Made by a program: the position numbers and the translations under genes. The notes below the pieces were generated by a model that did no database searches, was not told where the DNA came from, and was given only the letters and a program-made list of their open reading frames with translations. Of a stretch of 64,000 nt of DNA, positions 1 to 9,864 are shown in pieces. How positions within the stretch are numbered: position 1 is the stretch's first letter; each line of letters starts with the position of its first letter. The stretch comes from an uncultured Pelagibacteraceae bacterium (GTDB taxonomy: Bacteria > Pseudomonadota > Alphaproteobacteria > Pelagibacterales > Pelagibacteraceae), in NCBI GenBank assembly GCA_902516625.1, contig CABXYU010000004.1, positions 473 to 64,472 on the forward strand, given 5' to 3'.

Positions 1-3
1 ATA

Positions 4-1722
4 ATGCGGAAATTTAATAAGAGAAAATTACCTAGTAGACATACATCTTTAGGTGCTGATAGAGCACCACATAGATCTTTTTACTACGCAATGGGTGAAA
101 CAGAAAAAGATGTTTCAAAGCCCTTCGTTGGTGTAGTTTCAACTTGGAATGAAGCAGCTCCGTGTAATATTGCGTTAATGAGACAAGCTCAATCAGTTAA
201 AAAAGGAGTAAGAGCTTCAGGAGGAACTCCAAGAGAGTTTTGTACAATTACAGTTACTGATGGTATTGCAATGGGTCATGAGGGTATGAAATCTTCATTA
301 ATCTCGAGAGAAGTCATAGCTGACTCAGCTGAATTGACCGTTCGTGGTCATTGTTATGATGCATTAGTGGGTATTGCAGGTTGTGATAAATCTTTGCCTG
401 GATTAATGATGTCAATGGTTCGTTTAAATGTTCCAAGTGTTTTTATTTATGGTGGTTCAATACTCCCAGGCAAATATAAAGGCAAAGATGTAACAGTTGT
501 TGATGTTTTCGAAGCTGTTGGAAAACATTCTTCAGGTCAAATGTCCGCAAAAGAATTAAGAAAATTAGAATTAGTTGCTTGTCCTACTGCGGGTGCATGT
601 GGAGGTCAGTTTACAGCAAATACAATGGCCTGTGTATCTGAAGCGATTGGATTGGCATTACCATATTCCGCAGGAACACCAGCTCCGTATGAGGAAAGAG
701 ACAAATATGCAAAAGCAAGTGGTAGAATGGTAATGGATCTATTAGCAAAAGGAATTAAACCAAGAGATATCGTTACAAGAAAATCTTTAGAAAATGCAGC
801 AACTATTGTTGCAGCGACAGGTGGTTCTACAAATGCTGCATTACATTTACCCGCAATTGCTAACGAGGCTGGAATTAAATTTGATTTAATGGATGTTGCA
901 AAAATATTTAAAAAAACTCCTTATCTTGCAGATTTAAAACCGGGTGGAAAGTATGTTGCAAAAGATATGTGGCTAGCAGGTGGAGTACCAATGTTATTAA
1001 AAACTCTTTATGATGGTGGTTACATTCATGGAAATTGTTTAACTGTAACTGGAAAAACTATGAAAGAAAATCTTAAAGGAATAAAATTTAATCCAAAACA
1101 AAAAGTTTTAAGAGCTTATAATAGACCTTTATCACCAGATGGAGGAGTGGTTGGGTTAAAAGGAAATTTAGCTCCAGAAGGTGGAATTGTAAAAATAGCA
1201 GGTTTGAAAAAATTACAATTCACTGGAAGAGCAAGATGTTTTGATAATGAAGAAAGTGCAATGCAAGCAGTTCAAACTAGAAAATATAAAGATGGTGATG
1301 TAATAATTATAAGATATGAGGGACCAGTAGGCGGCCCCGGTATGAGGGAAATGCTTTCAACAACTGGTGCAATTTATGGTCAAGGAAAAGGAGAAAAGGT
1401 CGCTTTAATTACTGATGGAAGATTTTCAGGGGCAACTCGTGGCTTTTGTGTTGGTCATGTTGGTCCAGAGGCAGCTTTAGGTGGACCGATTGCTCTTTTA
1501 CGTAACGGCGATGTTATCGATATTGATGCTAAGAAAGGAACAATTAATGTTCGATTAAGTAAAGCTCAACTAGCTTCAAGAAAAAGAAAATGGAAAGCTA
1601 AAAAATCTGATTTTGGATCAGGAACACTTTGGAAATATGCTCAAACAGTTGGCCCTGCTTATTTAGGTGCACCAACTCATCCTGGTAAGAAAAAAGAAGT
1701 AAAGGAATACTCGAAAATTTAA
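4..1722 (+). CDS. ilvD: Dihydroxy-acid dehydratase
   Basis: 572 aa; PCN, DGIAMGH, GCDKS, GPGMREM and TDGRFSG motifs of the IlvD/Edd family. Confidence 0.95.
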   Translation: MRKFNKRKLPSRHTSLGADRAPHRSFYYAMGETEKDVSKPFVGVVSTWNEAAPCNIALMRQAQSVKKGVRASGGTPREFCTITVTDGIAMGHEGMKSSLISREVIADSAELTVRGHCYDALVGIAGCDKSLPGLMMSMVRLNVPSVFIYGGSILPGKYKGKDVTVVDVFEAVGKHSSGQMSAKELRKLELVACPTAGACGGQFTANTMACVSEAIGLALPYSAGTPAPYEERDKYAKASGRMVMDLLAKGIKPRDIVTRKSLENAATIVAATGGSTNAALHLPAIANEAGIKFDLMDVAKIFKKTPYLADLKPGGKYVAKDMWLAGGVPMLLKTLYDGGYIHGNCLTVTGKTMKENLKGIKFNPKQKVLRAYNRPLSPDGGVVGLKGNLAPEGGIVKIAGLKKLQFTGRARCFDNEESAMQAVQTRKYKDGDVIIIRYEGPVGGPGMREMLSTTGAIYGQGKGEKVALITDGRFSGATRGFCVGHVGPEAALGGPIALLRNGDVIDIDAKKGTINVRLSKAQLASRKRKWKAKKSDFGSGTLWKYAQTVGPAYLGAPTHPGKKKEVKEYSKI

Positions 1723-2915
1723 TGAAAATACGCCCAGTTATTTTATGTGGTGGTGCTGGAACACGACTTTGGCCAAATTCGAAAAAACATCAGGCTAAAC
1801 AATTTATAGATTTTGGCAATTGGACTTTATTAGGTAAAACTCTTGAGAGAGTTAAAGCACCAATATTTGATCCTCCAATTATAAGTACAAATACAAAATA
1901 TTTAAAACAAATTAAACAACACTTAAAAAAATATAAAATAAGAAAATTCAAGATAGTTTTGGAACCATCTAAAAGAAATACTGCACCAGCTATATTAAGT
2001 ACGGCATTAATAAAGGATATTCCAAATGAACAACCGTTAATGTTTTTAGCAGCTGATCATTTGATAGAAAAGGCTGGCTTGTTTAATAAAGCTATTAGAA
2101 AAAATCAAAAGAAACTTACTCAAAATAATATCTTTATTTTTGGGATTAAACCAACAATGCCCTCTAGTGAGTTTGGTTATTTTTTAACAAGAAAAGATAA
2201 AGTGACTAGATTCATAGAAAAACCTCAAGAGGCTAGAGCTAAACAAATAATTAGTAAAAAGGGTTATTGGAATTCTGGAATGTTTTATTTAAGAAAAGAC
2301 TCGATAATAAATAATTTTAAGAAATATCAACCAAATATTTATAGAAATTGCAACAAAGCTGTAACAAAAGCAAAATATAAGAATAATGTTTATTATTTAG
2401 ATAAACAATCTTTTACCAAAGCTACAGCAAAATCATTTGATTATGCGATATTAGAAAAAACTAAAGATATTAACGCTATCAAATTAGATATACCTTGGTC
2501 GGATCTTGGATCTTGGAAAGAAATTTGCAAAATGTATGGCAGGAATAAACAAAAATATTTTAAAAAGAAAAATGTATTTTATCGTCCATGGGGAAGATAT
2601 GTGAACTTATTTAATGGAAAAGATTTTTTAATTAAAGAGTTATACGTTAAACCTAAAGGTATTTTAAGTCTCCAGAAACACCACCATAGAGCTGAACACT
2701 GGGTAGTTACTCACGGTAAACCAATGATTACTTTAAATAAAAAATCTTTTGTTAAAAAACCTGATGAAACTATTTTTATACCTTTAGGAGCTGTTCATAG
2801 AATAGCTAACCCTTACAAACAACCAGTAAAGATAATTGAAGCGCAGATAGGCTCTATTCTTAAAGAGACAGATATTGTAAGATTTGAGGATGTATATGGG
2901 CGAGTTAAAAATTAA
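1722..2915 (+). CDS. manC: Mannose-1-phosphate guanylyltransferase / mannose-6-phosphate isomerase
   Basis: N-terminal ILCGGAGTRLWP, EP..RNTAPA, FIEKP, WSDLGSW; C-terminal cupin RPWG...LSLQKHHHRAEHW. Confidence 0.9.
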   Translation: MKIRPVILCGGAGTRLWPNSKKHQAKQFIDFGNWTLLGKTLERVKAPIFDPPIISTNTKYLKQIKQHLKKYKIRKFKIVLEPSKRNTAPAILSTALIKDIPNEQPLMFLAADHLIEKAGLFNKAIRKNQKKLTQNNIFIFGIKPTMPSSEFGYFLTRKDKVTRFIEKPQEARAKQIISKKGYWNSGMFYLRKDSIINNFKKYQPNIYRNCNKAVTKAKYKNNVYYLDKQSFTKATAKSFDYAILEKTKDINAIKLDIPWSDLGSWKEICKMYGRNKQKYFKKKNVFYRPWGRYVNLFNGKDFLIKELYVKPKGILSLQKHHHRAEHWVVTHGKPMITLNKKSFVKKPDETIFIPLGAVHRIANPYKQPVKIIEAQIGSILKETDIVRFEDVYGRVKN

Positions 2916-3505
2916 TCTAAAAGAGATTCTACGTATTCCCAATTAATTAATTTTTCTACAAAGTTATTTAAGTACTCAGGTCTTCTATTTTTGTAATCAA
3001 TGTAATATGAGTGTTCCCAAACATCACAACCTAAAATTGGCTTCATGTTTTCTATTAAAGGATTTGCTGCATTGGCAGTTTTAGTTACAACTAATTTGCC
3101 GTTGTTAATTGACAACCAACACCAACCTGAACCAAATTGTGTTGTTCCAGCTTGAATAAAATCTTTTTTGAATTGTTCAACACTACCTAAATCATCAACA
3201 ATTCTTTTTTCTAATTTAGGAGGTATTTTTCCACCACCACTTGGCTTCATACATTTCCAAAACAGATTATGGTTCCAATGTTGACTAGCATTATTGAAAA
3301 TTCCTGCTTTTGCTTTATCTTTAGAACTCTCTAAAATTATATTTTCTAAAGACTTATCAGCCATATCGGTGTCTTTTATAAAATTGTTTAAATTTGTTAT
3401 GTATGTTTGATGATGTTTTCCATGATGTAAATCAAGTGTTTCCTCAGACATTATTGGAGATAAAGCACTATTAGCATAGTCTAATTTTGGTAGTTCAAAA
3501 GCCAT
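2912..3505 (-). CDS. sodB: Superoxide dismutase, Fe/Mn family (Fe-type signature)
   Basis: HHGKHHQTY, NNASQHWNH, DVWEHSYY; start trimmed from the ORF track to MAFELPKL (ATG at 3505). Confidence 0.88.
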   Translation of the reverse strand: MAFELPKLDYANSALSPIMSEETLDLHHGKHHQTYITNLNNFIKDTDMADKSLENIILESSKDKAKAGIFNNASQHWNHNLFWKCMKPSGGGKIPPKLEKRIVDDLGSVEQFKKDFIQAGTTQFGSGWCWLSINNGKLVVTKTANAANPLIENMKPILGCDVWEHSYYIDYKNRRPEYLNNFVEKLINWEYVESLLD

Positions 3506-3549
3506 ATAGTTTTTATACCTATTTATATCAACAAAAGTCAAATTAAAAA

Positions 3550-3585
3550 TTATTCGGGCGTGTATAATTATACACGACCAAATAA
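3550..3585 (-). terminator. Hairpin with perfect 18-bp palindromic core; probable terminator of the upstream membrane-protein gene
   Basis: CGTGTATAATTATACACG at 3559-3576, with imperfect extension; A/T-rich tail on the - strand. Confidence 0.55.
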
Positions 3586-3591
3586 ATAGAT

Positions 3592-4557
3592 TTAAAACCA
3601 ATTATTTGGAATAATTATGTAGTGAATTGCTAAAACAATTCCAACTGAAACACTCAATCCAAAGATCATTTTAAGAAAGTCTTTACCAATTAATGGGAAG
3701 ACATACTTAAATTTATAATCTTTGTTCATTGTTGAAATCGCAAGTTCTCTACCACATAATAAACCAACAAAAACCCATGTAGTTGACATAGGTAAATCAT
3801 TAAGTTCTTTAAAGTAGAATAAGACACCAGCATAAATTACGTTGATAATTGTAGCTGATCTTGCATATCTAGTTCCAGTTTTTTCTAAAACTACAGTTTG
3901 TATTCGTCCACCTTGAATATAGAAGATGTAAAATAGCAAAGCTGTAAAATATCCCATTACAGTTAGCAGAATTGTTATATCCAGTTGTCTTGGAAGATAT
4001 ACAGCAATGTTTGCTACATCATGAGATAACCAAACCCACCAAAGCCAACCTGAAGTGACCCATACTGAGTTTCTCCAAAAGCCTATATACTTTTCATCAA
4101 CTTCATCTAATTTTTCATTGATAAATTTTGATACAACAATCCAAGCAATATAAGCGACCATTGCTGCTAAACCATAACCAACTACACTTTTTAATAGCAT
4201 TTTTTCAAGCACAACTGTTGAAGCAAACGCTGAAAGAACTAAAAAGGTTGTGGATACAGGTATACCAACTCTTGTTAATATTAAGAGTATTGCAGGCGCT
4301 ACTGCATGATACCATTGAATTTCTTGATAAGGTATTCTAGTTAATCTTCCATATGAAATATCACCATCATACGCATACCATCCCCATGCTAAAGCTAAAA
4401 TCATTACACTAGAAGCTGATCCTGCAAGTATGTACCATTTGAACCACTTCTTTTTTGAAGCTATAAATGTACCTAATGTTTGAATTGAGTCGTTAGCGAT
4501 TACGCTATAACCGGCAAGGGCGAAGCCTATAACCGTATAAATTAAAGTCATTTCCAT
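3592..4557 (-). CDS. Integral membrane protein, divergent PiT/PHO4-like transporter
   Basis: 321 aa, hydrophobic; duplicated PiT-like motifs ANDSIQT/PVSTT and SHDVANIA/PMSTT; AAGGAG RBS. Confidence 0.6.
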   Translation of the reverse strand: MEMTLIYTVIGFALAGYSVIANDSIQTLGTFIASKKKWFKWYILAGSASSVMILALAWGWYAYDGDISYGRLTRIPYQEIQWYHAVAPAILLILTRVGIPVSTTFLVLSAFASTVVLEKMLLKSVVGYGLAAMVAYIAWIVVSKFINEKLDEVDEKYIGFWRNSVWVTSGWLWWVWLSHDVANIAVYLPRQLDITILLTVMGYFTALLFYIFYIQGGRIQTVVLEKTGTRYARSATIINVIYAGVLFYFKELNDLPMSTTWVFVGLLCGRELAISTMNKDYKFKYVFPLIGKDFLKMIFGLSVSVGIVLAIHYIIIPNNWF

Positions 4558-4722
4558 TCTTAATCTCCTTTATATTATTGTTTTCGGTTCCTATCGATTC
4601 ATGACTTAAGGACTATGTAATCTGAGACGGAAAATAATTCTACATGTAAATTTATTGATTTAAGAATTTAGGGAGGGATTCGTCAGTTTCTAAACTAATC
4701 TAAATTAAAGTCTACTTTAAAA

Positions 4723-4944
4723 TTAAAATACAACCTTATAAATACCAATGATAAATAGTGGTATCTGTAATCCAAAATTAGTAAGGATCGCTTTATCTTT
4801 ACTAATAAATCCAGCTATAGTCCATCCAACAACTCCCAATCCATGAAAATAAATATTTAAAGGATATATATTTAGGTTTGTTAATAGAATACCAACTAAA
4901 ACTAGAAATGTGCTTATCCATTTAAGATACTTCTTTATAAACAT
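4723..4944 (-). CDS. Small membrane protein of unknown function
   Basis: 73 aa with about 3 hydrophobic segments; purine-rich AAAGGAAA upstream. Confidence 0.65.
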   Translation of the reverse strand: MFIKKYLKWISTFLVLVGILLTNLNIYPLNIYFHGLGVVGWTIAGFISKDKAILTNFGLQIPLFIIGIYKVVF

Positions 4945-4988
4945 ACGTTTTCCTTTCAGCTCATTTTATTTAGATTTTAGATAATAAC

Positions 4989-5372
4989 TTATCTACACTT
5001 TTTACATAATCCAAAAAACTCAAGATTGTATTTACTATATTTCATACCATCTTTGTCTTTGAAATTAGTTAAGTATTTAGAAAGACTTGCACTGCTTATT
5101 TCTGTTACTTTTTCACAGATTTCACAGATTGAGAATGCGGTAGCTTTCGATACCTGACAGCTTGAATTTTGACAGGCTATAAAGGCATTTCTGCTTTCAA
5201 TTTTATGAATTTTTCCTATTTCCACTAACTTATCTAATGCTCGATATACTTGTAATGGAGCTTTAATCCCTTTTTTTTGAACATTAAAAAGTATTGCATA
5301 AGCTTTCATTGGCTCAGGTGATTTGTCAATTAAATCAAAAATGATTTGCTGATTTTTTGAAAGAGTTTGCAT
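4989..5372 (-). CDS. zur: Zinc uptake regulator (Fur family)
   Basis: QVYRALDKL helix, IHKIES, two CxxC motifs; adjacent to znuABC. Confidence 0.85.
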   Translation of the reverse strand: MQTLSKNQQIIFDLIDKSPEPMKAYAILFNVQKKGIKAPLQVYRALDKLVEIGKIHKIESRNAFIACQNSSCQVSKATAFSICEICEKVTEISSASLSKYLTNFKDKDGMKYSKYNLEFFGLCKKCR

Positions 5373-5396
5373 TTTACTTATTCTACTAATTCCTCA

Positions 5397-6200
5397 TTAA
5401 TTTTTCAATTTAATCGATTGTTTTATATTTAATAATGACAGGATAAATAAGAATAAAGAGGCTGCTATAATTGAAGGTCCAGAAGCAGTATTAAATTCCA
5501 ATGAAGAAAATAGTCCTAAAATTACAGATAACAAACCACCTATAATTGAATAAATTACCATTTTCTGTGGACTTGATGAAATATTTCTAGCCATTGCTGC
5601 AGGTATAATTAACATTCCTGTAATTAATAATAAGCCAATCATCTTAATTGATATTGCAATGATTGCTGCCATTAAGATTGTAAATATAGCCTTTGCTCTA
5701 TCAGGATTTAATCCTTCTGCTTCAGCTAGTTCATAATTAACAGTTGATGCAAACAAAGGTTTCCAAATTAATTTTAAAACTAAGAGGATTAATGCTCCTC
5801 CGATCCATATAATTAAAAGATCATTAACAGTAACGGCTAATATATCTCCAAATAATAGTCCCATAATATCAAATCTGATAAATGATAAAAAACCTATAAC
5901 AACAAGCCCCACAGCTAACGATGAGTGAGCTAGGAGACCGAGTAGAGCATCACCCGGCAAATTAGTTCTTTTTTGCAGTTGTATTAACGTTAAAGCTATT
6001 AAAGATGAGATAATAAATACAGAAAATGCTATGTTGAATTCCATTGAGTATGCCAATGTCACTCCAAGTAAAGCGGAGTGGGAGAGAGTATCACCAAAAT
6101 ACGAAAGTCTTCGCCAAATAACAAAACAACCAAGAGGTCCCGTAACAATCGCAACTCCAATACCTGCTATTAAAGCTCTTATAAAAAAATCATCAAACAT
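5397..6200 (-). CDS. znuB: Zinc ABC transporter permease
   Basis: GCFVIWRRLSYFGDTLSHSALLG, LLFGDIL. Confidence 0.92.
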   Translation of the reverse strand: MFDDFFIRALIAGIGVAIVTGPLGCFVIWRRLSYFGDTLSHSALLGVTLAYSMEFNIAFSVFIISSLIALTLIQLQKRTNLPGDALLGLLAHSSLAVGLVVIGFLSFIRFDIMGLLFGDILAVTVNDLLIIWIGGALILLVLKLIWKPLFASTVNYELAEAEGLNPDRAKAIFTILMAAIIAISIKMIGLLLITGMLIIPAAMARNISSSPQKMVIYSIIGGLLSVILGLFSSLEFNTASGPSIIAASLFLFILSLLNIKQSIKLKN

Positions 6201-6947
6201 TTAATTTTTCTTTATTTCACCTTCGCTAGTATGAACATGGTCGTGTTTATGCTCATATCGCGATAATATTTGAGAAGCTTGTTCACCAAACAAAGCTTTG
6301 TACTCATTATTCTTAGCCACATCTATTGGAGAACCTGAACAACACACATGCCCATTTAAACAAACAACATGGTCTGTAGCACTCATTACAGTATGAAGGT
6401 CATGAGAAATTAATAGGATACCACAGTTTAATTCATCAGAGATTTTTTTTATTAATTCATATAAGGCAATTTCACCAGTAAAATCTACTCCTTGTACAGG
6501 TTCATCTAGTACCAATAATTCTGGTTTTTTTGAAATAGCTCTTGCAAGTAGTACTCTTTGGAATTCTCCCCCAGATAAGTCACCCAAATTTTTATTTTTA
6601 AGGTGAATGACACCAGTTAAAGACAAAGCTTCATCTATTGATTCTTTATCAAGACTTTCAGTTAGTACCATGAAATCATTTACTCTTAGCGGCAGTGTCC
6701 AATCAATTGAAATTTTCTGAGGAACATACCCAACCTTATTTGTATATTTTTCAACTGAACCATCAATCTTTTTGTAAATACCTAAAGCAATTTTTGCTGT
6801 TGTACTTTTTCCTGATCCATTTGGACCAATTAAAGTAACTATTTTACCTTTTTCAACTTGAAGTGATACTCCTTTAACAAGCCATTTATTATTTAAACTA
6901 AAACCAGCTTTATTTAATTTCACAAGTATATTTTGTTCAGAGCTCAT
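6201..6947 (-). CDS. znuC: Zinc ABC transporter ATPase
   Basis: GPNGSGKS, LSGGE, LDEP, CLNGHVCCSG, His-rich C-terminus. Confidence 0.92.
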   Translation of the reverse strand: MSSEQNILVKLNKAGFSLNNKWLVKGVSLQVEKGKIVTLIGPNGSGKSTTAKIALGIYKKIDGSVEKYTNKVGYVPQKISIDWTLPLRVNDFMVLTESLDKESIDEALSLTGVIHLKNKNLGDLSGGEFQRVLLARAISKKPELLVLDEPVQGVDFTGEIALYELIKKISDELNCGILLISHDLHTVMSATDHVVCLNGHVCCSGSPIDVAKNNEYKALFGEQASQILSRYEHKHDHVHTSEGEIKKN

Positions 6948-6967
6948 TTTATTCCTTGACTAATTAA

Positions 6968-7000
6968 TGTTATATTATTACATAGTGTTATATTATAACA
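6968..7000. promoter_or_regulatory. Two tandem Zur boxes between divergent znuC and znuA
   Basis: Perfect 7-1-7 palindrome TGTTATA-T-TATAACA at 6986-7000; one-mismatch copy TGTTATA-T-TATTACA at 6968-6982. Confidence 0.85.
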
Positions 7001-7017
7001 ATTTAAATAAACAACAT

Positions 7018-8055
7018 ATGAAAAACATTAAAAAATTACCATTTATCTTATCAATATTATCATTTCTAACCATTTTTGTACCAGCAAATGCTGAAATTAA
7101 AGTAGTTACTTCAATTAAACCAATTCATTCATTAGCTAGTTATTTAATGGATGGAGTAGCAAAACCAGATTTAATTGTGGACGGTTATGCTTCTCCACAC
7201 GGATTTGCCTTAAAACCATCTCATGCAAAAATGTTACAAAATGCAGATCTTATATTCTGGGTTGGAGAGGGTTTGGAAAATTTTTTAGAAAAACCTTTAA
7301 AATCTGTTGCAAAAAAAGCTGAGAAAATTGAGTTAATGGAAATCAAAGATTTAACTTTGCTTAAGTTTAGAGAAAGAAATATTTTTGAAGAACATGATCA
7401 TGGGCATAAAGAGGATGACCACGATGATCATGCAAAAAAAGAGGACGATCATGATGACCACGACCATGATAAAAAAGAAAAGGAACATGGACATGACGAT
7501 GAGCATAAAGAAGATGGTCACGATGATCACGGTCATGAAGGTCACGCACACGGTGAGTATGATCCACATATTTGGTTGGATCCAATGAATGCAAAAGTGA
7601 TTTTAAGTGAAATGGCTGACCATTTAATTGAAAAAGATCAAAAAAACGAGGCTAAATATAAAGCAAATTTAAAGAGAGCACATAATGATTTAGATAAACT
7701 AACAAAAAAAGTTAAATCTGAATTAAATAAAGATTTTAAATCGATAGTTTTTCATGATGCATATCAATACTTTGAAAAAAGATTTGGTATTAATATTCTT
7801 GGTGCATTTACCGTAAATACTGATGTAATGCCTGGTGCTGAACAATTAGCTGAAATAAGAGAAATAATTGAGCATGATAAAGTAAGTTGTGTATTTTCTG
7901 AGCCACAATTTAATCCTGATATTATTAAGGCTGTAGCAAAAGATACTAAAGTTGAAACAGGGGTTATAGATCCATTAGGAGCAACCCTTAATCCAGGTAA
8001 AGATTTATATTTTGACTTAATTAGCAACATGTCAAAATCTTTTAAAGGCTGTTAA
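7018..8055 (+). CDS. znuA: Zinc ABC transporter periplasmic binding protein with His/Asp-rich loop
   Basis: Signal peptide, SPH, DPHIWL, FHDAY, DPLG; start moved to MKNIKK (ATG 7018) because the longer ORF runs through the Zur boxes. Confidence 0.92.
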   Translation: MKNIKKLPFILSILSFLTIFVPANAEIKVVTSIKPIHSLASYLMDGVAKPDLIVDGYASPHGFALKPSHAKMLQNADLIFWVGEGLENFLEKPLKSVAKKAEKIELMEIKDLTLLKFRERNIFEEHDHGHKEDDHDDHAKKEDDHDDHDHDKKEKEHGHDDEHKEDGHDDHGHEGHAHGEYDPHIWLDPMNAKVILSEMADHLIEKDQKNEAKYKANLKRAHNDLDKLTKKVKSELNKDFKSIVFHDAYQYFEKRFGINILGAFTVNTDVMPGAEQLAEIREIIEHDKVSCVFSEPQFNPDIIKAVAKDTKVETGVIDPLGATLNPGKDLYFDLISNMSKSFKGC

Positions 8056-8097
8056 ATAAAAATTGATATTTAGCCATAAATAATATCTAATAATGGG

Positions 8098-9096
8098 ATG
8101 AGTACGGTCTCCCTTACCTTAGATGAAATTTTTGATTTAGCTAAAAAAACATTATTAGCTAATGGATGTGATGATGGAACAGCATCAATTCTTTCTGACT
8201 TAATCAGAAATGCAGAACGTGATGGGTCTTTATCTCACGGATTATTTAGATTACCTGCGTATGTAAGTGGTTTAAAAAGTGGAAAAATTAATGGTAAAGG
8301 AAAACCAGAGGTTAAAAAAATTTCACCATCAGTAGTTAAAGTTCAAGGAAATAATTGCCTAGCGCCTGTCGTTTTAAATAAAGCTTTGCCTGAATTAGCT
8401 AAAGCTGCAAAAGAAAATGGTGTAGCAGTGCTTGCAATAAATAATTCTCATCACATGGCGGCGATGTGGCCTGAAACAGAAAAATTAGCAGAAGAAGGTT
8501 TAGTCGCTTTTGCTTGTACATCTTATAAGCCCGTAGTAGCACCTGCTGGTGCAATTAAACCATTGTTTGGAACAAATCCAATTTCATTTGCATGGCCAAG
8601 ACCTGGAAAAACTCCAGTGGTTTACGATATGGCAACTGCATCAATGGCAATGGGTGAAGTTCAAGTTGCTAAAAGAGAAGGGCACAAGGTTCCATTTGGA
8701 ACTGGTTTAACAAAAGATGGTAAAGAGACAACTGATCCAGGAGCAATAGCAGATGGTGGAGTGTTACTTCCTTTTGGCGGTTACAAAGGTTCAGCGATAG
8801 CAATGATGGTTGAGTTAATGGCTGGAGCTTTAGTTGGTGACAATTTTAGTTTTGAAACAGCGGCCAAAGATAATAATGATGGTGGACCACCTAGTGGAGG
8901 AGAATTTATTATTGCAATTTCACCAGATAAAACATCAGGAACTAATTGGCAAAATCATGCTGATGAATTTTTTGATAAGATGAAATCATTTGAGGGTGTC
9001 AGACTTCCAGGAGAGAGAAGACATAAAAATAGATTAGACAAAGGTCCTCGAAATATTAATGAAGAGCTATTAAATAAAATAAAATCCTTAAGCTAA
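8098..9096 (+). CDS. Ldh2-family oxidoreductase (malate/L-lactate/sulfolactate dehydrogenase type)
   Basis: SHGLFRL, FGTNPI, DMAT, GGYKG, RLPG motifs. Confidence 0.85.
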   Translation: MSTVSLTLDEIFDLAKKTLLANGCDDGTASILSDLIRNAERDGSLSHGLFRLPAYVSGLKSGKINGKGKPEVKKISPSVVKVQGNNCLAPVVLNKALPELAKAAKENGVAVLAINNSHHMAAMWPETEKLAEEGLVAFACTSYKPVVAPAGAIKPLFGTNPISFAWPRPGKTPVVYDMATASMAMGEVQVAKREGHKVPFGTGLTKDGKETTDPGAIADGGVLLPFGGYKGSAIAMMVELMAGALVGDNFSFETAAKDNNDGGPPSGGEFIIAISPDKTSGTNWQNHADEFFDKMKSFEGVRLPGERRHKNRLDKGPRNINEELLNKIKSLS

Positions 9097-9864
9097 AGTT
9101 ATTTCAATTGGTGTATGGTCTGATGGTTTTTCACGGCCTCTTGGGTCTTTATTAATATTTATATTCTCAACTTTATCAATTAAAGAATTAGAAACTAAGA
9201 AATGATCTATTCGCATACCATTATTTTTTTGCCAAGCACCTCTCATATAATCCCAAAAAGTATATTCCTCTTTAGTCTCATTGAAATGTCTATATACGTC
9301 ATTAAAACCAATGTTTATCATCTCCCTTAATTTTTTTCTTATTTCTAATCTAAATAATGCATCATCCTCAAAACTTTTGGGATTATAAACATCCTCAGCT
9401 GCTGGAATTATATTAAAATCACCAGCAAGAATTATATTAGAGTTTTTTTTTGTTAATGTTTTTAATTGTTTGATCAAATCATCTAACCATTTCTTTTTAT
9501 AATTATATTTTTCTGTATCAACAGGATTACCATTCGGTGTATAGATATTTATCAATTGTATATTTTTTTTCTTATATTCTAGCTCAGCTGAAATTATTCT
9601 TGATTGTTTTAACTTATCTTTTATTAAATCTGTTCTAATATTCTTTAATTTTCCTTTAGAGATAATTGCAACGCCATTATAACTTTTTTGGCCAAAAACA
9701 TGACTTTCATAATCCATTGCTGAAAAATCGTCATAAGGAAAATTTATATCTTCAGTCTTAATTTCCTGCATCATTACAATGTCTGGTTTATATTTTAAAA
9801 GATAACTTTTAATATTTTCTATACGAGCACGAACTGAATTCACATTCCACGAGGAAATAATCAT
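9088..9864 (-). CDS. xth: Exodeoxyribonuclease III
   Basis: SWNVNS, QEIK, YNGVAI, GDFN, RIDH, SDHTP; start trimmed to MIISSW. Confidence 0.93.
   Translation of the reverse strand: MIISSWNVNSVRARIENIKSYLLKYKPDIVMMQEIKTEDINFPYDDFSAMDYESHVFGQKSYNGVAIISKGKLKNIRTDLIKDKLKQSRIISAELEYKKKNIQLINIYTPNGNPVDTEKYNYKKKWLDDLIKQLKTLTKKNSNIILAGDFNIIPAAEDVYNPKSFEDDALFRLEIRKKLREMINIGFNDVYRHFNETKEEYTFWDYMRGAWQKNNGMRIDHFLVSNSLIDKVENININKDPRGREKPSDHTPIEITLA

Noticed and set aside
4689-4705. TTCTAAACTAATCTAAA resembling an Irr/ICE iron box
   Set aside because: About four mismatches to TTTAGAA-N3-TTCTAAA in AT-rich DNA
7351-7594. Three overlapping ORFs (72, 75 and 67 aa) inside znuA
   Set aside because: Artefacts of the stop-poor His/Asp repeat loop
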